In this document: one piece after another, positions 1 through 6,762 of the stretch
Layout of the letters: each line of letters starts with the position of its first letter
Numbering within the stretch: the first letter of the stretch is position 1
Assembly (NCBI GenBank): GCA_003194425.1
Contig: PQXB01000001.1
Span: forward strand, 790,444 to 822,443
Source: Candidatus Methanophagaceae archaeon
GTDB taxonomy: Archaea; Halobacteriota; Syntropharchaeia; Alkanophagales; Methanospirareceae
Direction of reading: 5' to 3'
Length of the DNA stretch: 32,000 nucleotides
Position numbers and translations under genes: made by a program
The notes under the pieces: generated by a model
Told to the model about the DNA's origin: nothing
The model's database searches: none
Seen by the model: only the letters and a program-made list of their open reading frames with translations

Positions 1-977
1 AAAACATTGTGCGACGGGTGTGGCAGCCTGCTCTCCTTGTACGCAAAGACCTTCCCCTTCTCTGTCCCCGCGTTCCGCACCGACAGGTAATTCTTTGACC
101 TGTAGTGAATATTTTCGGCGGGCAGGCTAAGCCCTTTCAAGGCGTCCGAAGCAAAATAAGTGTGCGAGAGGTCGTCTGCGTGAAAAAGCCCGTCTCTCGT
201 GAGCGAGAGGAAATGCTCGCTTGACATCGGCGCTTCTCGGAACAGCCGCACCTTTGCGAAGGTGAAAATTTCCTGCCCCTCTTTTATCTCGGTCTCCAAG
301 TCAGAGGTGGCGAACCCCGCCCGCTCCGCCTTCGTTACAATCGGAGTTATTTCCACAATTCTGTCGCCCTCCTGCAGCCCAGAAATAATGCTTCGCCCCC
401 TCGTCAGCCGTCCAATCACGGCGTCGGGACCGGTCCCGTAGGCAGCCTCGTGCTCCCGCTTGCTCACCATTAAGTAGGTCTTGCTGGGGTCAAACCCGCC
501 GAAGCCGAAGAAAACATCCCATTTTTTGTATTTCTGCTCGCCCCGCTGCACGCTCAGATTCGTCTTTATCGGTCCGATCGCAGTTACATTCTCGGTCTTC
601 CAACTTACCTCTCCACTGCCCTCTCCGCTGCCCTCTCCACTGCCCTCTCTACTGCCCTCTCTACTGCCCTCTCCGCCACTCCCGCCCCCGCGGAAGTTCT
701 TGTAATTCTCGTAAAATGCCTTTATTCCTGCTCCTGCCCCTTCTCCTTCTGCTTGGACGATTTTTATCCTTGCCTCTCTGCCTGCGCCTCTGCCTCTGCT
801 TCTGCCTGCGGTCTTCACTGCGAATTCGTGTTTTAACTCAACGCTCTCTTTTTCTGAAGTAACGGCTACTGCACAGCCCTGCTTGTAGCCCTCTTTGTAA
901 GCACCGAGTTCTGCGATAATCTCGCCCAACCTTCTACCTCGGACCTCCCGTGTCTCTCCGTTGAACTTGATTTTCAT
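1..977 (-). CDS. Conserved hypothetical protein, C-terminus cut by the window edge. Central and C-terminal part is weakly cyclophilin-like (possibly UPF0288 / methanogenesis-marker-3-like, unverified).
   Basis: This ORF is not in the supplied track, probably because it has no stop inside the window. Manual minus-strand translation from ATG at 977-975 gives MKIKFNGETREVRGRRLGEIIAELGAYKEGYKQGCAVAV...GTGPDAVIGRLTRGRSIISGLQEGDRIVEITPI...VRNAGTEKGKVFAYKESRLPHPSHNV. The frame stays open for all 325 codons to position 1. The + strand track ORFs 199..441 and 481..705 are low-complexity shadows. Confidence 0.55.
   Translation of the reverse strand, partial: MKIKFNGETREVRGRRLGEIIAELGAYKEGYKQGCAVAVTSEKESVELKHEFAVKTAGRSRGRGAGREARIKIVQAEGEGAGAGIKAFYENYKNFRGGGSGGEGSREGSREGSGEGSGEGSGEVSWKTENVTAIGPIKTNLSVQRGEQKYKKWDVFFGFGGFDPSKTYLMVSKREHEAAYGTGPDAVIGRLTRGRSIISGLQEGDRIVEITPIVTKAERAGFATSDLETEIKEGQEIFTFAKVRLFREAPMSSEHFLSLTRDGLFHADDLSHTYFASDALKGLSLPAENIHYRSKNYLSVRNAGTEKGKVFAYKESRLPHPSHNV
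608..679. repeat. 12-bp tandem repeat x6 (cctctcc[a/g/t][c/a]ctgc), in frame inside CDS 1..977
   Basis: Units read directly at 608-619, 620-631, 632-643, 644-655, 656-667 and 668-679. On the minus strand they encode the GSGEGSREGSREGSGEGSGEG insert. Confidence 0.9.
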
Positions 978-1084
978 AACAATTTCTTTTGGTGCGGGGT
1001 CTTTTTAAAGTTTTTCGTTTTTGTCTAAATAATGCTTTGAAGGTAAGGGCTTTAGAGAGTAAGTAAGTACGAGGGGTGTGAGTG

Positions 1085-1145
1085 GCGGGGGAGAAGGAGA
1101 AAGGTAGGGGAGAAGGAGAATGGCAGGGGAGAAGGAGAAGGGGTA
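1085..1145. repeat. Intergenic purine-rich tandem repeat, about 19-20 bp x3, core ggggagaaggagaa
   Basis: The core occurs at 1088-1101, 1107-1120 and 1126-1139, upstream of thyX on its sense strand. Confidence 0.8.
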
Positions 1146-1248
1146 AGTTGCGGGTAAGTGCAGGAGAGGAGAGCTTTACAGGCGAGAAGTTGAGGATTTT
1201 GTTAAGGCTGTAGCGGGTCTGAAAACGGAAGCAGCGGTTTAAAAAGAA

Positions 1249-1947
1249 ATGAAAGTGAAACTGCTCAGGGTAACGGAAGACGGGGTAGATTTGGTGGCGG
1301 AAACGGCGAAGGTAAGCGGTAGTCTGTCGGAGCAGAGTGCGGAAGAGATTCTCGGGCTAATTACGGAGAACGACTACTCGTCGGTTCTTGAGCACATTTC
1401 TTTCACCTTTGACATTTCGGAAATTAGCGTAGCGTTGAGCCGGGAACTGCTGGAGCACCGTGTAGGAGTGTCGCACACAGCGAGGAGCACGCGGTACAAC
1501 GAAGAGGAGGGCTTCGGCTACTTCGTGCCTGACGAGTTGAGCAAGAAGCAGAACTTTAACGCAAATCTGGCTTTTACGGCTGCGATGAGAAATGCAAAAG
1601 AGAGTTACAAAAAGTTGCGGAGGCTCGGCGTTGCGAGGGAGCAGGCGAGGTACGTTCTGCCGTTGGCTCTGCACACGCACTACGTGGTGACGATGAACGC
1701 TCGGAGCCTGATAAACTTTTTTATGCTTCGGCTCTGCGTTCGGGCGGCGCCAGAGATGCAAGCACTTGCAAAACGGCTGCACGAAATTTGTGTAGCAGAG
1801 TATCCAGATATTTTTTCGCGGGTCGGGTGCCGTGGGGTCTCTTGGGGTGTCTGCCCGGAGAACGAGGTCAGACCCGCGGGGTGCCCGTTCAAGGAGTGCG
1901 TGCCGACGAAGAGCGAGGTGAAGGCGAAAATGAAAAACCAAAAATAA
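1249..1947 (+). CDS. thyX: Flavin-dependent thymidylate synthase ThyX
   Basis: 232 aa. ThyX signature HR..S....S.RY is present as EHRVGVSHTARSTRY. The downstream MNARSLINFFMLRLCVRAAPEMQ segment is also typical of ThyX. Confidence 0.85.
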   Translation: MKVKLLRVTEDGVDLVAETAKVSGSLSEQSAEEILGLITENDYSSVLEHISFTFDISEISVALSRELLEHRVGVSHTARSTRYNEEEGFGYFVPDELSKKQNFNANLAFTAAMRNAKESYKKLRRLGVAREQARYVLPLALHTHYVVTMNARSLINFFMLRLCVRAAPEMQALAKRLHEICVAEYPDIFSRVGCRGVSWGVCPENEVRPAGCPFKECVPTKSEVKAKMKNQK

Positions 1948-2179
1948 TTTAGAGCAAATGAACGCCACAAATCCTCAACTTCACGCAATTGGAAAATTCC
2001 GAAAATTTTTTAAGAGAAAAAATAATAGGGAGAAACGGGAGAGGAAAATGAACAGAAATAAAGGGTTTTTGGACAGGGGTGTTAGGAATTGTCGTCCTAG
2101 TGCTGTTCTCGGTGGGGCTGGTGGCGCTGGAGGGGTACATTTGCGTTGTAGGGAGGAGAAAGAGGGGGAGGGAGAATAA

Positions 2180-2458
2180 ATGAGTGAAACAATAGGAGTT
2201 ACAATCACGGGAAAGAAGATAGTTTTAGAATTTCCACGAGAGGAATTTGGGGTTTTAGAGCCGAGAGAAATTGAGCGGGAGGTTTTAAACGACTTGCGAC
2301 GGTTAAAAGCGGTAAAGGAGTTCTCGTTGGGAAAAATTTCAGGAAGAGAATTGATTAGACTGCTGGGACCGGAAAAAGCATTGAGCATAATAGAAGCGAA
2401 AAAGATAACCGAAGAGAGCGTAAAAAGGGCGATAAATGAGTATAAAGCAAGTTTATGA
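2180..2458 (+). CDS. UPF0175-family small protein (putative antitoxin partner of the downstream PIN-like gene)
   Basis: 92 aa. The C-terminal HTH-like FSLGKISGRELIRLLGPEKALSII resembles the UPF0175 lSlGkaAellG motif. It overlaps the next ORF by 23 nt. Confidence 0.55.
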   Translation: MSETIGVTITGKKIVLEFPREEFGVLEPREIEREVLNDLRRLKAVKEFSLGKISGRELIRLLGPEKALSIIEAKKITEESVKRAINEYKASL

Positions 2459-3011
2459 CACGACCGCTCTGCTTTCGCTGTCTCTGATCGGAAAATTTGA
2501 TTTGGTTAGAAAGCAGGGCATAATTGTTTCTGTGCCAATCTCGGTGGTGGAGGAAGTTGTGGAGATTGCCAAATACAAGGACGAACTTGGAGAAGCAGCC
2601 AAAGGGCTTCTGCGAATTACAGAGGGGGCTGGTGCTGCAGAGCGAGTAGAAATAGAGCAAGTAGAATTAAAGAAAGAATACAAGTCTTTAGCAGAACGGA
2701 TTGCACGGTTTCCGAGGGTAGACAGGGGCGAAGCGGAGGCTCTGGCGTTGGCTTACCAAATAAAGGCTAAAGAATTGGTCATTGATGATGTGCCAGCAAT
2801 TGGCAGTTTCGCGGGCTTATCAAAAATCATCGACGTTGAAACTGTGCCTTCCTCGTACGTCCTTGTCCGTGCTTATTTAAACGATGCTTTGGATTACGAC
2901 GAGACGAAAATGCTTTTAAAAGAGTTGTCAGCAAAAAGAGGTTGGGAGCAAAGCGTTTTGTACGAGACTGCGATTGTAATGTTGGAAGAGGCGAAAAAAG
3001 TAAAATGCTGA
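2436..3011 (+). CDS. DUF3368 / COG2405 PIN-like nucleic-acid-binding protein (putative toxin)
   Basis: 191 aa. N-terminal VYDTTALLSLSLIGKFDLV and internal VDRGEAEALALAYQIKAKELVIDD match the DUF3368 pattern (D.tpLi.L..i...dLL ... GEaeaiaLA......lliDD). Confidence 0.55.
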   Translation: MSIKQVYDTTALLSLSLIGKFDLVRKQGIIVSVPISVVEEVVEIAKYKDELGEAAKGLLRITEGAGAAERVEIEQVELKKEYKSLAERIARFPRVDRGEAEALALAYQIKAKELVIDDVPAIGSFAGLSKIIDVETVPSSYVLVRAYLNDALDYDETKMLLKELSAKRGWEQSVLYETAIVMLEEAKKVKC

Positions 3012-3338
3012 GAGACGGACAAAGAGAAAGTTAGTTTTAGTGTTGTCGTCGGACTCGGACGCGGTTACGATAGTTCGCGTCTCGGCACTCGCACCCACCG
3101 ACGACGAAGGAAGAGGGTCTTACGAGGCGGTTCTCAACCAGACAACCGCGTTCTTGGGAGAGGTAGGTAGTGCCAAAGATGTTTGAACCACGAAGAGAGG
3201 AGGAGCGAGTTATTTTTAGCCTCCTCGGTTCCGGTTCGGTCGTCGGGAAAGTGGCGGTTGGCTTGCTGCTTCTTCTCCCGCTGCTGCTCCTCTTTTACCC
3301 GCAAATTAAAAATTTAAGTAAAGTTTGATTTTATTTTT

Positions 3339-4427
3339 TTACATTTCCTCAAAGAAGAACTCGCTGCACAACGGGTCTTCAGCCAAGTAGTCGCCGTCGC
3401 CGTTGAGGAACGCCCGCACGCGGCAGCCACCGCAAATTTCCTTGTGCCTGCACTCTGCACACTTTCCCTTCACCTCCCGATTTTTCAGTGCAACGAAGAC
3501 TCTTGAATTCAAAATCTCGCGAAGGCTCGTCTCCCTGAGATTCCCTGCTTTCACCTCCAACAACGGACACGGCACGACGTCCCCGTTCGGTTTTATGGAA
3601 AGCATTCCAGTGGCGGCACGGCAGCCCGGAATTTCGTTGTAAAAGAACTCGGGAACGAAGAGCCCCTGCTCCGCCTTCCGCTTCAGCACCACCCAGTACT
3701 GCGCCGCCTGCGTCGTGCAGATTTCAAGTTCCCTCCGCTTGTTCTGCTCCTCGTAGAGTAGCGAAAGGTTCTCGGCGTACTGAACGCTGCCGAGTTCGGT
3801 GTCTGCTGGCAGCCTTTCCTTGCCCCTGCCCATTGGAATGTAGTGAAAGAACCTGCACTGCCTCGCGCCCAAATCTGCAGCGATTTCAATAATCCGCCCC
3901 GTCTCCGCCTCGTTCTGCTTCATTATGCAGGGGTCGACCACCAGACCCAGCCCCGCTGCTCTGCAAGCCCTCGCCCCCTGCACTGCCTTCTCAAAGACGC
4001 CCTCGCCCCTGATGAAGTCGTGTGTCTCCTGCGTGCCGTCGATTGGAATTATGACCTCCTCGACCCCTGCTGCTTTTAGGCGACCAGCGACCTCCTCGTT
4101 CAGCAGCGTCCCGTTTGAAGCGAGGACGAGGTGCAAGCCCCGCTCCTTTGCGTGCGAAATAATCTCAAACAAATCCTCCCGCAGCAGTGCCTCGCCCCCG
4201 CCGAAGGTAACTCTCGCACCGGCACTGCCCGCACTGCCCTCTCCACCAGCTCCTGCACCTGCACCAAAGACCTCCGCTATTTCGTCAAGCACCGCGAAGC
4301 ACTCTGCTGTGCTCAGTTCGTCTTCCAACTGCGTCCCTGCTTCGTAGTAGCAGTGCTTGCACCTCAGGTTGCACTGCCTCGTGAGGTTCCAGTTGATGTT
4401 GTATTTTGGCATTAGACTAAACCTCAA
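3339..4427 (-). CDS. Radical SAM protein with C-terminal SPASM/twitch cysteine cluster (NirJ/AhbC/AhbD-like family)
   Basis: 362 aa. CX3CX2C motif is present as CNLRCKHCYY. FHYIPMGRGKE resembles the family vP.GRG motif. C-terminal cysteines: CRAATG...PCPLL...GKCAECRHKEICGGCRVRAF. The start overlaps the stop of the upstream gene by 11 nt. Confidence 0.8.
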   Translation of the reverse strand: MRFSLMPKYNINWNLTRQCNLRCKHCYYEAGTQLEDELSTAECFAVLDEIAEVFGAGAGAGGEGSAGSAGARVTFGGGEALLREDLFEIISHAKERGLHLVLASNGTLLNEEVAGRLKAAGVEEVIIPIDGTQETHDFIRGEGVFEKAVQGARACRAAGLGLVVDPCIMKQNEAETGRIIEIAADLGARQCRFFHYIPMGRGKERLPADTELGSVQYAENLSLLYEEQNKRRELEICTTQAAQYWVVLKRKAEQGLFVPEFFYNEIPGCRAATGMLSIKPNGDVVPCPLLEVKAGNLRETSLREILNSRVFVALKNREVKGKCAECRHKEICGGCRVRAFLNGDGDYLAEDPLCSEFFFEEM

Positions 4428-5025
4428 CTCCTCTTACCTTAAATCGTCTTACCACCAAGTGACTTATCATTGTGGCACCCAGGATTAGGTAGACGAGAGT
4501 GTAGAAGTTGGAGTTTAAATTCAGGAAGTAGAGCAGCGGGAAGAGAACGCCGCTAATGCTGATTGGAAGTCCTAAGAAAAGGCTCCTGCTCCTCATTATC
4601 TCAAACCTTGCGAGCCTGAGGATTCCCGCCAGGAGGAAGAAGGCGAGAGAGAAAATCGTTAAGAGGCTCAACGGCAGAACCACGACCCCGAATAAGACCG
4701 GGGCTACACCGAAGGAGACTAAATCTGACATCGAGTCGAGATGCATTCCGAACTCACCCTGCCTCTTAATCCGCCTCGCCACGTAGCCGTCAAAGAGGTC
4801 GAAGAAAAAGGCTGCGGGTAGTAGAATCATCGCAATTGTAAAACTCCTGTAGAGGACGAAGACCATTGCTAAAAAACCGCAGAACGCGTTTGCCAGCGTG
4901 AGAATGTCAGGCAGTTTTATCAGGTCTCTGAAGTGGTAGTCTGCTTCTTTCCTCTTTTTCCTCTTTTTCCCCTTTTTCTCTTTTTTCTCTTTTTTCATCG
5001 TTACCAAATTCGTGGCTCTCTGCAT
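4417..5025 (-). CDS. CDP-alcohol phosphatidyltransferase (archaeal polar-lipid headgroup synthase type)
   Basis: Signature D..DG..AR........G...D...D is present as FDLFDGYVARRIKRQGEFGMHLDSMSDLVSF. The protein is multi-TM. The N-terminus carries a K/E-rich tract. An alternative ATG lies at 4998. Confidence 0.8.
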   Translation of the reverse strand: MQRATNLVTMKKEKKEKKGKKRKKRKEADYHFRDLIKLPDILTLANAFCGFLAMVFVLYRSFTIAMILLPAAFFFDLFDGYVARRIKRQGEFGMHLDSMSDLVSFGVAPVLFGVVVLPLSLLTIFSLAFFLLAGILRLARFEIMRSRSLFLGLPISISGVLFPLLYFLNLNSNFYTLVYLILGATMISHLVVRRFKVRGVEV

Positions 5026-5057
5026 TAATTAAATCTCCCGATTAATTAAATCTCCCG
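5024..5057. repeat. Perfect 17-bp tandem duplication (attaattaaatctcccg x2) at a gene junction
   Basis: Copies at 5024-5040 and 5041-5057. The unit contains the last 5 codons plus the TAA stop of CDS 5042..6109. Confidence 0.95.
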
Positions 5058-6109
5058 TATCGAAAGTTCAGGTAGAGTAGCGAAACGTACCCGAAGCCGA
5101 GCGAAAACAGGTAAAATATGAACCGATCCAAGAGGGCGACTGACGCGGCTATCGTAGCAGAGATTCCAAAAGAGATGTACAATGAAATCATCAGCAACTC
5201 CGTGACCCCTGCTCCTCCGGGCATAAACAGGAAGTAACTCAGGAAAATAGAGAGCGAAATTACAACCACGACGGCAAAGAAAGAGGGGCGGTGCCCGAGT
5301 GCGAGGAAAAGCACAAAACTGCTCGCAAAGGTCAGCAGCCAGCCGAGAAAAGCCAGAATAATGTTCTCACTAACCTTCTTCTTGTCGTGGGACAGCCTTG
5401 AGAATGTTTGAGCGAACTCCCCTAACTTCTGCCTCACATACCCGTCAAAACCTTGCAAGGTCTTGAACCGCTGCCTGAGAAATGAAAACGGGCCGAAGTA
5501 GTAGATTTTTGAGATGATGACTTTTCCCTTGAAGCCCTCTCCTTCGTTCTTCTTTCGCTCGTTCTTCTCGTACTTCTCCTTCACTACGAAGCCCAGGAGG
5601 GGCAGACCAACGAGGAGAACCAGCACGAACTCCAGCAGCACCTTCACCAGCAGGGGCACGTTCTGAACGAATACAAGGACGAAGAAGATTGAGCAGACCC
5701 CCAAAAAACTCAGGACGCCGACTCCTGTAACCCGCTCAACCAAAATCGTAGAGAGGCAGGTCGCCTTGTCCTCTTTTATCTTCTTCGAGAGGAAGTAGGC
5801 TTTTAGCGGTCCGCCGCCGACCTGAGGGCCGGGCGTGGCGGTGTCCATAAAACTACCGGCGAGCAAGATCGCTAATAGTGAAAAAAAGGGCGCTCTTTTT
5901 ATGCCGTTCACGAATATCTGCCACTTTAAGTTCCGCACCAAGATGGAAGAGGCGTGAAGCGCCACGGCGAGAAAAAGGTAGCGCGGGTTAGCGCGCGCGA
6001 TTGTGCTGTAGAGGCTTGAGAACCCGATGTTCTGCATTATTAGGATTAAAATTAGAAGCAGCAGCGTTGCGGGAAGTAGCAGAAACTTAAGATTTTTCTT
6101 GGTTTTCAT
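5042..6109 (-). CDS. UPF0104 / lysylphosphatidylglycerol-synthase-TM-region-like (flippase-like) integral membrane protein
   Basis: 355 aa with about 8 hydrophobic spans. Overall pattern (RYLFLAVALHASSILVRNLKWQIF ... PGGAGVTE) resembles the TIGR00374/UPF0104 family. A K/E/G-rich insert (KEKYEKNERKKNEGEGFKGK) sits in a loop. Confidence 0.55.
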   Translation of the reverse strand: MKTKKNLKFLLLPATLLLLILILIMQNIGFSSLYSTIARANPRYLFLAVALHASSILVRNLKWQIFVNGIKRAPFFSLLAILLAGSFMDTATPGPQVGGGPLKAYFLSKKIKEDKATCLSTILVERVTGVGVLSFLGVCSIFFVLVFVQNVPLLVKVLLEFVLVLLVGLPLLGFVVKEKYEKNERKKNEGEGFKGKVIISKIYYFGPFSFLRQRFKTLQGFDGYVRQKLGEFAQTFSRLSHDKKKVSENIILAFLGWLLTFASSFVLFLALGHRPSFFAVVVVISLSIFLSYFLFMPGGAGVTELLMISLYISFGISATIAASVALLDRFIFYLFSLGFGYVSLLYLNFRYGRFN

Positions 6110-6137
6110 TTTTATTTCATTTTTCTGTTCTTTAAGA

Positions 6138-6746
6138 TTAAGAAATTGCGTAAGAGAGGATTTGTGCGTTAAACCCCGCGAACAAAGGAATTAAAAGGTT
6201 GTCGTCAATCTTGCTGACCACGGTCTCGACCACTGTCGCCGTCCCCGCCATCACAAGAATTACCAGCCACGACCAGGAGTTCAAGAAGGAGTGCAGGAAG
6301 ACGAACCCGATGAGTAGGTCAACGACAAACTCCGCCGTGCAGCCCTCGACCGCCCTGTCCTTCAGCCCTGGTAGCCAAGTCCTGCCGAACCGCTTGCCGA
6401 AAATTGCTGCTGCCGAGTCTCCAAAAGTAGTCATCAAAATCGCAGCCGAAGCGACCTCTTTGGAGAAGACGCTGACCGCGATTAGGGCGCCGATGAGGAA
6501 GAAGACGTTGCCGCTCAGCCTCTCCGCCTCCTTCTCGCGGTAAAGTTTGTGAAAGAGGGGCAGTTTTTGCCGAAGCTCGAGCCTGACGAACTCGACCTCC
6601 AAGAAAAGTATCAAGAACAAGGTCAGCAGCAGCAAAATTACCTCTTTTGGCAGGAAGTAGCAAAATACAACAATCAGCACGGAGGTGGCGTGCACCGCCT
6701 TTCTCTGAAGTTCCCTCTTCAGACTGAATTCTTCTTGCGTTTCCAT
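6138..6746 (-). CDS. Polyprenol/dolichol kinase - phosphatidate cytidylyltransferase family membrane protein (COG0170-like)
   Basis: 202 aa, multi-TM. N-terminal LKRELQRKAVHA (RK..H motif) and the GDSAAAIFGKRFGR segment are typical of the CTP-dependent polyprenol kinase / CdsA superfamily. Confidence 0.55.
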   Translation of the reverse strand: METQEEFSLKRELQRKAVHATSVLIVVFCYFLPKEVILLLLTLFLILFLEVEFVRLELRQKLPLFHKLYREKEAERLSGNVFFLIGALIAVSVFSKEVASAAILMTTFGDSAAAIFGKRFGRTWLPGLKDRAVEGCTAEFVVDLLIGFVFLHSFLNSWSWLVILVMAGTATVVETVVSKIDDNLLIPLFAGFNAQILSYAIS

Positions 6747-6762
6747 TCTTCAGGCTCTAAAC

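Noticed and set aside
199-705. + strand ORFs 199..441 and 481..705 as genes at the window start
   Set aside because: A 325-codon open frame on the minus strand, with a plausible start at 977 and globular-looking sequence, covers them. ORF 481..705 is largely the antisense of the 12-bp repeat (PLPS repeats).
1958-2179. 73-aa ORF (and antisense ORFs 1949..2140, 1981..2388) in the thyX / UPF0175 intergenic region
   Set aside because: K/R/G low-complexity translation of an A-rich then G-rich spacer with no motif. It is more likely promoter or leader sequence. A small palindrome (taggaattgtcgtccta, about 2083-2099) there is too weak to call as an operator.
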